Assembly (NCBI GenBank): GCA_043228905.1
Contig: JBHGNT010000022.1
Span: 11,842,001-11,906,000, forward strand
Origin: Azolla caroliniana
Taxonomy: Eukaryota; Plantae; Polypodiophyta
Direction: 5' to 3'
Length of the DNA stretch: 64,000 nucleotides
Shown: one piece after another, positions 11,401 to 24,424 of the stretch
Layout of the letters: each line of letters opens with the position of its first letter
Position numbering within the stretch: position 1 is the first letter of the stretch
The notes under the pieces: model-generated
What the model saw: only the letters and a program-made list of their open reading frames with translations
Told to the model about the DNA's origin: nothing
Database searches by the model: none
Translations under genes and position numbers: made by a program

Positions 11401-12007
11401 AACTCCTCTTTAATAGTGTCTGAGGGCTTTACTGATATTGCGAAGAGAAACATTTCTTCCTTGCGTCCTTCTTCGCGCAACTGATGTAGCGAAATGGTTG
11501 CAATCTCATGAGTAGACCCTCGGGCTTTTCGATACCGTATTTCTCTTGTTCTCCAATCTATGTATGGGTTATGTAATTCGAACCATGGTAATCCTAAAAC
11601 AATGGCCCGGTTTTCTGGGATGCTAATTATATACAATGATACTACACATGCTAGATTATCTAGGACAATATTAACGGGCTCTAGCTCTTCTATGATATTT
11701 CCGGAAGCAATGGGATGACCATCAATGACTACTACAGAGGCTGGACACAGGAGTTTTCTGAGTGATATTTGATGAGCTTGGGCAAAGTTCCTATCCATGA
11801 AGCAAGAATTAGCTCTGGAATCTAGAAGTGCTAAGACATGTACTGGAGGGGTACTTTTAGTACTAACTATTACTTGGGCTACGAACACATTGCTAACTTG
11901 CTTAGAGGGAATGGAAACACTAATGGGCTGCACAGATCTAGGGATGTCCAACCAAACAACTCCTATTTTGGCTGGACTTAGTCGTTTAACTCTTCTTCTA
12001 ACCGACT
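8450..12007 (-). pseudogene. Gypsy pol (PR-RT-RH-IN-chromodomain) with many stops and frameshifts
   Basis: Successive ORF fragments 11391-12007, 10851-11360, 10599-10844, 10335-10598, 9681-10310, 9122-9697 and 8680-9036 in gypsy domain order. Confidence 0.9.
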
Positions 12008-13071
12008 TGTAAACAATTACTTGCAGAAGCGTTAGAAAACAGAGAAAGAAGGGAATACACAGAGTACACGGGAGAGACAGAGAGAGCAGAACCTCAAAGC
12101 TATATTCAAAAATATATAAAAACACTTTGTACATACAACTATGCTCAGTAGCATTATTTATACAAGTCCTCATGGGACTGACAGAAGTACCGCGTACTTC
12201 AATGCTCACACGAGCATCTGACACTTACTACGAGACTATAATTGCCTAGTAGTCTATACTAGTACTAGGCTTCCGGTTACTAATTGGATCCGGCAAACAA
12301 ACCGGCTCCCCAGCTCACCGGCTTTGTTGCTTGCCGGCTCGGTTGCTCACAGCTTACCGATCCGTCTCGCTTGCCGGTTCAGGCTTATTCAGCCGATCCG
12401 GCTCCAATTGAGCTTGCCGCTCAACACTCCCCCTCAAGCTCAACTTGAGGTTGGATCCTGGTGTCGGTCTCTGTGGCAGTCGGTTCTTCCAACCGACTTC
12501 TCCTGGCGTCGCTCCGCCTTGCTCGCGCTCCTCGTCCGGTCTGTTTCTGTTTGCCGCGACCCCTCTTGTTCTCCGCGCCTCGACCTTCTCGGTCGGTATG
12601 TCTGCTCAATAGGCCCCTCTCAGCTCCTTCGCTGCTATGACTCCGGCGCTTGCCGATCCGTCAGTTCCTCCGCGATGGCATCGACATCCGCTGCATCCAT
12701 GTCTGCTTGGCCTTGAATTGATCCGGTTCTTCCAAATCAGCCTTTTGAACCGAATCGACTGTCTCCGATGCGTTCCAGCTCTTGTCTGAATCAATTGCTC
12801 CCGATTCGTCTTCTAGTTCCAAGCCCTTCACCACATCGGACCATTTCCGGGTCTTGGCCTTCTTCCTTCGGTCGGCTCTGTCCTTCTTGACTCTGCCGCC
12901 CCCTGTTCTTCCCTCACCATCGCAATCGGCAGTCTCTTTGCCTTTGCCCATTTTGGTGTCTTTTCCCGTTCTCCCTCTCAAGTGTGGCACGTCGAGATGC
13001 TAAACACCAAGCATTTTGGTGAAGTGTTGCAACTTGTCCGATCCGAGTGGTTTGGTGAAGATGTCGGCAAC

Positions 13072-16000
13072 TGACGGGAACTAAAACACTCCTTTTACAC
13101 GACGCTCGGCCACAACTGAGCTTAGAATCATACACAAAAAACGGGAAATAATGAACGACACGAAGAAGAGACGAGTACGCAGGATGTTTACGTGGAAAAC
13201 CCAAACTAAGGGGAAAAACCACGGCAGCCCACAGGCTGCAAACTATCACTACGTTAAAATGTACAACAATGAGTTCACGGAGGCAACGACCTCGTGCTCA
13301 TGATCCTCGCCACAGGCGGCGGTTACAACAGAGGCAACGACCTCTTTCTCTCTGTTACTCTGTACACAATTCGCTCTCTCTCTCCTTGCACCAACAAGAA
13401 TGACAACCACTCTATCTAAAAGTTTGCCCTAAGTCATATTTATACTAATATGAGTTTTTGGCTATTTACAAATATAGCCACGATGGACTCTCAGAAACAT
13501 ATTTACAAATATGTCTCTTCATCCGGTTCTCACTGGGTCTGCACCATCCAGCTCTCCGTAGTCGGGTACTCCTCATCCGGTTCTCACCGGGTCTGCACCA
13601 TCCAGCTCTCCGTAGTCGGGTACTCCTCATCCGGTTCTCACCGGGTCTGCACCATCCGGCTCTCCGTAGCCGGGTACTCCTCATCCGGTTCTCACCGGGT
13701 CTGCACCATCCAGCTCTCCGTAGCCGGGTAATCCTCATCCGGTTCTCACCGGGTCTGCACCATCCGGCTCTCCGTAGCCGGGTACTCCTCATCCGGTTCT
13801 CACCGGGTCTACATCATCCAGCTCTCCATAGCCGGGTACTCCTCATCCGGTTCTCACCGGGTCTGCACCATCCAGCTCTCCGTAGCCGGGTACTCCTCAT
13901 CCGATTTCGGCCTCGGCCTATCGGCCTAGGCCGAGTTTGTTCATCAGCACTGTCCTTCTCCCTTCCCATCCAGAGGGACCTGTCTCCCAACAAACTCCCC
14001 CTTCACTCCGGCATGGGGTGTCTTACTAGTCCGATCCTCTTCCGGCACGCATCCAACTTGTCAGGTATCAGCACTTTGGTTAGCATATCTGACCCGTTCT
14101 CGGCCGTGTGGATCTTCATCAGTGTGAACTCCTAGTCATCTACTCTTTCCCGGATCTAGTGATATCTTCGCTGGATATGCTTCGTCCGGGAATGGTAGGC
14201 CACATTCTTAGCAAGATGGATGGCACTTTGACTATCGCAATAGAGTCGGTATTCATCTTGCCGGATATCGAGCTCTCCGATGAAGTCCTTCATCCATAAT
14301 ATTTCCTTGCCAGCTTCCACAGCCGCCATGTACTCCGCCTCCGTGGTTGACAATGCAACCGTCTTCTGCAGCCTCGACTGCCACGAGACACCTCCCCTTG
14401 CATTTGTCATTACATATCCGGATGTAGACCAGTTGGTATCCACATCAGTCGACATGTCCGAATCGGTGAAATCGTCAAGTTGAGGTTTTCCGGAGCCAAA
14501 TCGGAGACACATATTTGAAGTGCCCTTCAAATACCAGAGTATCCATTTGACCGGCTCATAAACCAGCTCACCACTCCGACTGCGTATCCTATATCTGGTC
14601 GGGTACACACCATTGCGTACATCAAGCTCCGGACGGCAGAGGCATATGGAATCTTCATCATATCTGCCTTCTCTGCTTTCGTCTTAGGGCTTTGCTTAAC
14701 GGATAGCCTGCAGTTTGCCGGAAGTGTCGATCCAACCGGTTTCGCATTTGACATGTTGAACCGTTGAAGCACCTTTGTCATGTATTTTTCCTGTGACGGC
14801 CATAATTGCTTCATTGACTGGTTCCGAATAATATGCATCCCCATCATCTGTCTTGCCGGACCCAAGTCTTTCATTGAGAAGGTCCGGTTGAGAGCCTTCT
14901 TCAGCATCCGTATTTTGGCTTGGTCCCGTCCGACGATCAACATGTCGTCCACGTACAGAAGGAGTATCAGGAAGTCGCCTCCTTCAAACTTCTTCACAAA
15001 CACGCAGTGATCGGCCTGCGTCTTGTGGTACCCTTGATCGGCCATGAAGGAATCGAACTTCCGGTACCATTGAAGGGGAGCCTGCTTTAGTCCATACAGG
15101 CTCTTCTTCTGCCGGCATACCAGGTGCTCCTTCCCTTTCTCCACAAATCCCTCCGGTTGCTGCATGCAGATCTCCTCTTCGAGGTCGCCGTGAAGGAATG
15201 TTGTCTTCACGTCCAGCTGTTCTACCTCGAGGTCCATGCTTGCCGCCATACTTAGCACCATCCGGATGGAGGTCATCTTTACTACCGAGGCAAATATCTC
15301 GTCCAAGTCCACGCCCTTCTTCTGCTGGAACCCCTTCACCACGATCCTGGCTTTATATCTCGGGGGGTTGCCGGCATCTCCCGGTTTCAACTTGTACACC
15401 CACTTGTTTCGGAGTGCCCGCTTTCCTTTCGGCAACTCCACCAATTCATACGTATGGTTCTCATGCAGGGAATCCATCTCATCCTGCATGGCACTTAACC
15501 ATTTGCGTTTGTGGGTGTCTTCCTTCGCTTCTTCGAAGCTTTCCGGCTCCCCCTCACCGGTCAGCAGGACATGCTCTGCATCTGGAAATTTCCGGGGGGC
15601 CCTTCTCTCTCTGAGAGGATATCTCCGTCTTCGGGCTTCAGTAACCGGCTCCTCCATTTGCTCTTCATCCGAATCCAATTCGGGGTCTTGGCCGGTTCCG
15701 GTTTCAACTTCCTCTACTTCTTCTTCAGCCTGTTCGGTATCCTCACCGTAACTGGCTGGTCCCTCGAGTGCTAACCAGTCTCTTGCCGGTTGGGTCTGCT
15801 CATCGTAGAGTCAATCCTTACCGGTCGACTCAAAGTTCATTATCTTCTTCTCCGACTCCCAATCGGCGAGCGTCTTGTCCTCCATGAAGATAATATCTCG
15901 ACTCCGAAATACCTTCTTGTCGACCAGGTCCCACACTCGGTAACCGAACTCATCGTCACCATAACCGAGGAATATGCATGGCCAGGTCTTTGGATCTAAC

Positions 16001-17371
16001 TTTCCTCTCCGGTCCTTAGCTACATGCACATACGCGAGACACCCGAACACCTTCAAATGCCGGTAGGATACTTCCTTACCAGTCCATACTCTCTGTGGCG
16101 TGTCTCTGTCCAAGGGTACTGAGGGTGATCTATTTATCATGTAGGTCGCCGTCGACAGTGCCTCAGCCCAAAACTTCTTGGGTAGTTTTGCATGCGCTAG
16201 CATACTCCGGACCCTCTCCATTATGGTCTGGTTCATCCTCTCGGCCAGTCCGTTTAGTTCCGGCGTCTTCGGCACGGCAAATTCGAGCCGGATTCCCTTC
16301 GAGCGGCAGTACTCCTCGAACTGCCCCCGGTATTCTCCTCCGTTATCTGCTCGAACCGCCTTCAGCTTCCGGCCGGTTTCTCTTTCCACTCTCGCATGGA
16401 GCTCTTTGAAGATGGATAGCACCTGATCCTTCGTCTTCAACGATGTGGCCCACAGCTTCCGGCTGTGGTCATCTATGAATGTCACGGAGTACTGCGCTCT
16501 GGCATGTGACTTCGTGTCTACTTGACACACATCCGTATGCACCAACTCTAGTGGTGCATTACGTCTCATCGGTGGCCTTGGTCGGAAGGAGGTCCGGTTT
16601 TGCTTACCGGCCAAACAATCAGTGCACTTCTCCAAGTGCACATTCTTCACTGGAATGAGGTTGTCGTCTGCAAGCCTCTTCATCCCCTTCTCGCTCATAT
16701 GACACAGCCTCTTGTGCCACAGCTCATCGGTAGTGTCGGATGCCACGCTCACTTCTTCCGGACATAACCGGGCATTCATCAGGTATAGTGTGTTGACCTT
16801 CCGGGCCCGAGCCACAATCAGGCTCCCTTTGCTAAACTTCATGACACCGTTCTGGATGCTACCCGTGTAGCCTTCATCATCTAGTCGACCGGCTGATATC
16901 AAGTTCAGACGAACCTCCGGAACGTGTCGGATATCCTTCAGCAGCAACTTGCATCCGGTTGGTGTTGTCAGCCACACGTCTCCTATGCCGACAATTCGGC
17001 ATGTACCTTCATTCCCCATCCGGACACAGTCGTGATCACCGACTGAGTAGGATGAGAAGCATTTCCGGTCCGGGGTAAGGTGGAACGATGCTCCGGAGTC
17101 TACCACCCAGGTCATATCGTCGTCGGCAAGGTTTATCTCGCTCTCCTCGGTGATGAGCATCAACTCTTCTTCACTTGCCGCGATTGCCGTCGTTCCCTTC
17201 CGGTCCGGCCCCCTCCGGTCTTTACCGTTCCGATCCGGGGTCCGCTTCGAATCGGTACCATCGGTTTCCTTGTCTTTTCGGAAATGACGACAGTTCTTTT
17301 GGAAGTGTCCTGGCTTGCCGCAATAGAAGCAAGTAGGCCTCCCCCTTGACTTTGACCGTGTCCCCGACTTC
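13072..17371 (-). mobile_element. Ty1/copia element C (Tnt1/Tork-like), 5'-truncated, nested in B
   Basis: Zinc knuckle ~17290-17340, WVVDSGAS, integrase (HTDVC, FIDD, RADNGGEY) 15811-17163, RT (YKARIVVKG, YVDD) 14527-15678 and RNase H 14156-14608 with frameshifts. PPT aagggggagtt 13993-14003; 3' LTR 13072-13992 (TG...CA). Confidence 0.9.
13518..13903. repeat. 54-bp minisatellite, ~7 copies, inside the copia C LTR
   Basis: Unit ctcatccggttctcaccgggtctgcaccatccagctctccgtagccgggtactc; appears as 18-aa repeats in the ORF track. Confidence 0.95.
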
Positions 17372-18953
17372 TAACCGCAAGCATTTGATCTTCCTTTCCG
17401 ATTCCCATTCCACCATGCTTTGGAGACTCCGGAAACACTCGAAGACTTCACTCTTCCGCTCAATGAGGTAGATCCATGTGTGTCGCGTATAGTCGTCGAT
17501 GAAGGAGACGAAATATCGACTCCCACCAAGACTAACATTCTATGTCGGTCCCCACACATCCGAATGGATAAGGTCGAGCTTGTTATGGCTCCGGTTATGT
17601 TCGGTGGGGAATGGAAGCCGGTGTTGCTTCCCGAGTTGGCAGGCTTCACATGCTTGGGCCTTCCGGCCGCTAAATTTCAGCAAACCGAAAACAACTTGTT
17701 TCGTTTGTAGGTCTTGAAGCCTCCGGTAATTGATGTGGCCTATCCGCTTGTGCCACAGGTCGATGTCCGATTCGACCTTCTGTCCTTTTGCAAACAGAGC
17801 GGTTCCGACGTCATTGGTGTCGAGGATAAACATCCTCCCATCTCTACGCCCTTGCGCAATAATCTGGCCCTCTTCCTCAATGAAGCACCTGAGGTGCATA
17901 AACCACACCTGCATCCCTTGGTCGACGATTTCGCCGACCGACACCAGGTTCTTCATGATCGTTGGAACGTGTAACACGTTCATCAGCTTCCCCTTCTGTC
18001 CGACGTGGCTCAAAGGGACTTCTCCGACGTGCACAATTGGGTGAGGATTGTCGTCTCCGGTTTCGACTACTCCTGGTTGATCCGGTTTCTCCAAAAAGGA
18101 GAACCACTCTTTGTGGTTCGTCATGTGGTTCGACGCACCAGAATCAACATACCACACTTCCTCCGATTTGGAAGTGGTCTTCTTCATCGAGTTCACCTCG
18201 TCATTCATCACCAAGGCTGGCCCAATACCGTTCTTGAATCCTCCTGATCCCTTCGTGTAGTGCGAGCTTTGCCGGCCATCCTTGCCGGCCTTGCCGGATC
18301 CGGATTTGTCCGAATCGGCGCGTTTTCTCCAACACTCGCTTTCTCTGTGGCCATTTTGGCCACAGTACCACCATTCCGTTGCAGATTTGTCTTGCCGGCC
18401 TCCGGCACCGCCTTGACTCCCCCTGCCTGTGGAAGTCCCGGAACTGTTGTCGGCACGTTCTCTGTGCCTTCGTTCTTGCTCTTGCCAGCCGCCTCCATTG
18501 CGTGCCGACCCGCCTCGTCCACCACGCCCACGGGACCGATCCGCTTCTGTGTACAGCATCCGGCTGTCAATGGGTGTGCTAGTTGACGCACCGACATGGT
18601 TCTCCTCTACAAGGACCATTGACTGTAAGTCGAAAAATGACGGCGTATTCTCCCTTGTACATACCGCTGTTCGGAACGCTCTGAACTTAGACACCAGGCC
18701 CCCAAGACAGACCTGTACCATCTCGTCTTCCTCTACGGTAACGTTGATAGAGGCAAGCGAATCACAGATCTCTTTGATCCGGGTCGCGTAATCCGCCACC
18801 GACATGTCCTTCTGTCCGACATTGCTCAACTCCTGTCGGAGTTGCAGCTTCCGAGTTGTAGTGCTCGTGGCGAAAACCTTCTTCAGGTTCCCCCAAGCCT
18901 CCTTCAGCGTCTTGGCATCTCAGATGTGGCTCAGCAGCTGGTCTCCGACACTA

Positions 18954-19390
18954 GACGCGAAGTAGTACATCACTCTGCTTGTCGATTGTTCCCACACTAG
19001 GAAGTCCTTATGTGCCGCATTAGGTGTTGTTTCGTTGGCTCCTTCGACGAAACTCCAGTAGCCATGCCCAAGCAGGCACTGGTGCATCTTATACGACCAA
19101 GATGCATAGTTGGATCTGTCGAGTTTCTCCACAGGGAGCGAGCTAGCCATCCCTCTATCCATCACTTCTCTGACGCGAAGTAGTACATCACTCTGCTTGT
19201 CGATTGTTCCCACACTAGGAAGTCCTTATGTGCCGCATTAGGTGTTGTTTCGTTGGCTCCTTCGACGAAACTCCAGTAGCCATGCCCAAGCAGGCACTGG
19301 TGCATCTTATACGACCAAGATGCATAGTTGGATCTATCGAGTTTCTCCACAGGGAGCGAGCTAGCCATCCCTCTATCCATCACTTCTCTG
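18954..19390. repeat. 218-bp tandem duplication of the copia B gag start
   Basis: gacgcgaagtagtacatc...ccatcacttctctg occurs at 18954 and 19172; MDRGMASSLPVEKLDRSNY appears twice in the ORF track. Confidence 0.92.
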
Positions 19391-21094
19391 TCTGTTGTTT
19401 TACGACATGTTAGGGTTTGCTTTCAAGCATTTGTTGGTTGCAGAGGAGGTTCTCAACCCTCGCGCTCTGATACCATGTAAACAATTACTTGCAGAAGTGT
19501 TAGAAAACAAAGAAAGCAGGGAATACACAGAGTACACGGGAGAGACAGAGAGAGCAGAACCTCAAAGCTATGTTCAAAAATATATAAAAACACTCTGTAC
19601 ATACAACTATGCTCAGTAGCATTATTTATACAAGTCCTCATGGGACTGACAGAAGTACCGCGTACTTCATTTGCTCACATGAGCATCTGACACTTACTAC
19701 GAGACTATAATTGCCTAGTAGTCTACACTAGTACTAGGCTTCCAGTTACTGATTGGATCCGGCAAACTGGCTCCCCAACTCACCAACTTTGTTGCTTGCC
19801 GGCTCGGTTGCTCATAGCTTACCGATTTGTCTCACTTGCCGGCTCAGGCTTATTCAGCCGATCCGGCTCCAATTCAGCTTGCTGCTCAACATGACTAAGG
19901 ACATCAAATTTGTTCGCTAGATTTGGGCTAATAGTACTATTAGGACTATCAAATATCCCTGCTGAAATAGACTCGGGTTTAGTACAATCAGAACTAGCAA
20001 CTATTTGGTTTACCTGCCTTCTTGGCCTATGGGCACAGTTTACCACGATATGCCCTGGTCCACCGCAATAAAGACATAGTCGATTTGCTCGACGTTGTTG
20101 CTTTTCTTCTTCCGATAGCGGTCCACGACGACGTGTGGTGTCAATTTCCATCGAAGTTGGAGTACTTACTGGAGGCGCATTATATGATTCCCTCGGAAAA
20201 GGTTTCGCTACCACTGAGGCGTAGGTAGGCTCTGATCTTGCCCTCGGAATCTGGAATTGTCGTTCCGAACGTCGTTCGAAGAGGCAGTTGTCGCATCTCA
20301 CCGCGCAATTGATTGCTTCTGTTAATGACTTTGGCTCTTCGGGGAAGGTCAAGAGTAAATTCGTGACATCGTTGCGTAAACCATAACGAAATTGCTCCAT
20401 CAATGCGTGATCATCCCAAGGGATATCGGCAACGAGTAGGCGGAAATCTACAGCATATGCGGGGGCTGGACGGTCATCTTGGTGTAATCACCGGATTTTG
20501 TTGATTGCAGTCCTTATGCTGTCAGTATCTCCAAAATAGGCCTTAAACTCACTTATAAAATCTTCAAATTTGTTTAGTAATGGAGATTCTTTTTCCAACA
20601 ATGGAGCAAACCATGCTAACGTTGAGCCACTAAGGAGAGTGCCTAATAATCCCACTCGTGATGCATCGGTGGGATATCGAGAAGGATGCATTTGTATCAC
20701 TAAACGTACCTGATTCAAAAACCCTCTAAACTGTGATCGGGTCCCATCAAATTTTGCAGGAAGACCGATCTTGGATTCTTTGTGAATCCCTTGAGTGCTT
20801 GATCCTTGTTGTTGTAATGATATGATAGTCGCTTCGAGTTGTTGTACATGTAACGTCAGCTCCCCATGTTGTTGTTGTTTTTCCAACGCTATTTGTTGAA
20901 GATCCCCCAACAAACGATGATTTTCTTGTTCTAGTGCTACAAATTTCTCTTTTAAGCACTGGAGCTCCGAGAAAACATATTGGTATTCCTGAGTGCTAAC
21001 AGTTTCCATTTTACTAGGGAGGATAAGAGGATTAATAAGAAGATAAAAGGAAGAGGAGGAAGGAAGAACGAGCAAAATTGGTTCAAACTGTCAA

Positions 21095-21545
21095 GAAAGA
21101 AGTATTAAAAGAAGTATTCGTACTAAGAGAAGGAATTAGTACTAAAAGAAGTATTTGTACTAAGAGAGGTGAAGAACTCTCGAGAGAAGGAAAGAGTGAG
21201 TGAGAGGGAGGGAGAGAGAGGGAGAGAGTGATGATAAGAAAAGATATTAAGACAAAGAAGGAATTAGTACTAAAAGAAGTATTCGTACTAAAAGAGGCAG
21301 AGAGTGATGATAAGAAAAGATATTAAGATAGAGAAGGAATTAGTACTAAAAGAAGTATTCGTACTAAGAGAGGGAGAGAGTGATGATAAGAAAAGATATT
21401 AAGACAGAGAAGGAATTAGTACTAAAAGAAGTGTCCGTACTAAGAGAGGTGAAGAACTCTCAAGAGAAGGAAAGAGTGAGTGAGAGGGAGGGAGAGAGAG
21501 GGAGAGAGAGGGAGAGAGAGGGAGAGAGTGATGATAAGAAAAGAT
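21095..21545. repeat. Imperfect purine-rich tandem repeats (~75-bp core) within the gypsy 5' LTR
   Basis: Recurring gagagtgatgataagaaaagatattaaga...gaaggaattagtactaaaagaagtattcgtactaaga and (GA)n tracts. Confidence 0.8.
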
Positions 21546-23380
21546 ATATATTATGTGAAGAGAATGTACAGTAGTAGCTAGGAGGCTTAAGACTGGCGTT
21601 AAATCGATTTGGTTCGAAATAATGCCTTGTGCCTCCTTTTATAGTGTTCTGAGGAATACTCTTAAAGTTTCTGGAATGTTCTAGAGAAATCTAGAATATA
21701 CATCAATTTTCTATAATAAAACATAAATGAAAATAATATTTTATGTATTACAATGTATGGTCTAATGGTCAAGAGCTCAACCCATGTAGCATAAGGTCAT
21801 GGGTTTGAGTCTTGTCATATCATGACACCAACGTATAAAAATGAATGTTATGCTAGACGAACACGAATTTTACGTACTATACTTTCAATTGTTAATTTTA
21901 AACCTCTAAGCTCTAACTTATTAAAATTTATATGCATTAATAATTATATGTAGAGTCTCCTTTTGATTTATGATTATCAAATATATGACCAAATTTATAA
22001 TATGTATGATGACCAAATTTATAATAAGTGTGATAACTAAATTTATGATAAGTATGATGAGCAAATTTATGATGATTTTCTCACAGAAATTTATAATATG
22101 TATGATAATAAATATCTCTAAAAACTAGTTTGGTTTGGTTTTGATTTATGATAAACCAGTTTGGTGTAGTTCTAAATTTTTCGTAAACGGTTCAGTTTAA
22201 ATGGCTTCTTTGGTTTTTATTATAACTAAATGGTTTGGTTTGGTTTCAAGGCCAAGAAACCGAACCGAATCGGGCCCATTGCTAGTGAAGATGCAATTTT
22301 GTGATAGTAGAAGTTGATGGCAAGCCTTTCCTAAACCAAGAATTGGGAACTCATATACAAGCATGCAACACAGAACCATGGCACTAGTGACACTAAAAAT
22401 TACATCTAGTTATACAACAGAGCATGGAGCCAAATTTGTGTAGAACATACAAACTATGATATTACAAAGCATTCAAGCCAATTCCCATTTTTATGTTTAT
22501 TGTTGTCAATATCATTTCCCATCTCATGCTTGAATGCTCCATAGAGCGCTGTAGTAATGTGAGGAGAGCACATGCAGAAATGGGTTAAACTAAATTTTCA
22601 TCTCCTTAATCCTTATCAAACTTCCTTTTATTAAGCCACTCCAAGTAATAGAGTAGAGAATTATCTCACATGTATCTTAATTTCCCTTTCATTACTTGAA
22701 ACTAAGTTTCCTTTCCGTTATTCATTTAAAGTTGTTTGCAATTATTAATGATCTTACTCACAATCAAACAGGGATCACAACTGATTTTTTTGGCTCTAAA
22801 ATCCCAGCTTGGAACACAAAATTACACAATTTTAGAGCAAATTCGCCGAACAACTAGTTGTGGGTAAATATGGAAAGAAACTCATTGCATCAACATAAAG
22901 ATTTCATCTCAAGGAAGACATTGAGATTTTCGGAGCTAGATTTTGACCTCTGAGCGAAAAGTTGTGAGATCATATGTTAATTTTGAACAACGGGAATTGA
23001 ACATGCTACATTGACCAAAGATCACATCCATTGACCAGAGGACATCCCGAAGGGGGAGGTTATAAACATAAATCTCCGAAATTTCAACCCCCTTCAAGGA
23101 GGCATGGATACTTTTAAATTTTCAAAAACTGGAATCCCATTGAAGGAAAACTCCACCCAGGACTAGTGTTGGGCAAAGTTTTTAATCCCTACCACAAATT
23201 TTCCTACTTCTGATTAACCTAACTGGATTATAACCATTTTAATTGGCCATTTTTGTATCAATGTTTATGTCATTTAGAACTTCTTGATTATTATTTTTTA
23301 AATCATCACATACCAAATCGTATAGCATGAACATTTGGTAGAAATTTTACAATTGTTAAAATATTGAGAACATTGGCAAC

Positions 23381-23950
23381 CATAGTTCCTAATATTCGCG
23401 TACGTCCAATTTACTGGACGTACGCGAACGTTTGCAAACGTACACGTATGATACGCGATATTCGTTTGGTTTTTTTTTTTTTTTGACTTTTTTTTGGTTT
23501 TTTTTTTTTTTGATATTCATAATATATTGTGAATAGAAGTGACATCTGACACACATACACACACTCTCTCTCTCTCACACGAGAACTGACAAATTTTCTC
23601 TCTCTACAAAATCTAGATATCTAATATACATATTACATACTCCCTCACACAGACAAAACCCATAGCTCCTCTCTCTCTCTCTCTCTAGAGTCTAGATATA
23701 CACTCAATCACTGTCTCCTCACACATGCAAAACAGGGCTTCTCTCTCTAGACCACACACGCTCTCTCTCTCTCTCTCTCTCTCCCCCTCACACACACACA
23801 CTATGTACACCATATACACCATATGTATATATAATATATCTATGTACCGCGTATGGATTTCAATCATACTTGGAGCCTTTTCACGTATGAGTATGATATG
23901 AATATTGGCGTTTGAGTATGACACGAATGAGACGTATGGCTAGAACTATG
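23381..23950. mobile_element. hAT-like MITE
   Basis: TIR CATAGTTC/GAACTATG; 8-bp TSD TTGGCAAC (23373-23380, 23951-23958); empty site gagaacattggtaactaag in the paralogous module (~34800). Confidence 0.82.
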
Positions 23951-24021
23951 TTGGCAACTAAGTAAACCATTGAGAAAAAAATTACTATACAATATTGAAA
24001 CATCAAATGCTATATTGAAAC

Positions 24022-24293
24022 CATAGTACGTAATATTCGTGTTTCTTAGCCCAAACATTTGTTTTCATACGTATGCAAACGAATGTGTATGTTATTAAAA
24101 CATTTTTGTGTTTTTTTTTACACTTTTGCCCTTAACTTACCTTAACTTTCTTACCCTAAAAAAAAACCTTATAATAAATAATGAGCGCAAAAGTATATGG
24201 TATTTACCATAATTCGAGGGTGTTTTTCTTACGCGAATGATAAGAATGTTCACGAATGTGCATGCACGAATGGTATGTATGCTTCATACTATG
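24022..24293. mobile_element. hAT-like MITE
   Basis: TIR CATAGTA/TACTATG; 8-bp TSD ATTGAAAC (24014-24021, 24294-24301). Confidence 0.78.
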
Positions 24294-24424
24294 ATTGAAA
24301 CATCACATACCATATTGAAACAAAAATACTAGATTGACCACTAGATATGATAAACATTAAATGCCATATTGAAACACAAATACCATGTTAAGAAATGGCA
24401 TGTCATATTGAAACATCACATACC

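Larger units (their letters stand above)
12008..19891 (-). mobile_element. Ty1/copia element B inserted near the gypsy gag/pol junction, internally deleted and fused to copia C
   Basis: Similar LTRs 12008-12426 and 19476-19891 (TG...CA); PBS TGGTATCAGAGC (tRNA-iMet) 19464-19475; PPT agggggag beside 12426; TSD CGACT/TGACT. Gag, zinc knuckle, protease (WYVDSGAS), GAG-pre-integrase and start of integrase span 19380-17372; RNase H tail VADIFTKPL ~13040-13071. Confidence 0.92.
8341..21827 (-). mobile_element. Ty3/gypsy chromovirus (Tcn1/Tf-like), degenerate, interrupted by nested copia elements
   Basis: 5' LTR 21089-21827 (TGTCA...TGACA); truncated 3' LTR 8341-8422 next to PPT aaaggggagatag. Gag 21075-19892 (LPAKFDG, CLYCGGPGH); protease ~11870 (ALLDSRA); RT 11360-10599 ([21 protein letters not shown]); RNase H (EADTSD, DKELLA); integrase 9697-8680 (GPF motif); chromodomain EYEVAAILDSKIVRNKLYYLVDWLGY ~8570-8650. 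Confidence 0.92.
7483..22284. mobile_element. Non-autonomous hAT-type DNA transposon, expanded to 14.8 kb by nested retrotransposons
   Basis: 13-bp TIR TAGCAATGGGCCC (7483-7495 / 22272-22284), perfect 8-bp TSD GTGAAGAT (7475-7482, 22285-22292) and AACCG/CGGTT subterminal repeats at both ends. The empty site tgtaGTGAAGATgaaat is visible in the paralogous module near 34250. Confidence 0.88.

Noticed and set aside
13458-14135. 225-aa ORF of 18-aa repeats, and a possible CRISPR-like array
   Set aside because: It is the translation of a 54-bp minisatellite in an LTR; units are contiguous with no unique spacers, and there are no cas genes.
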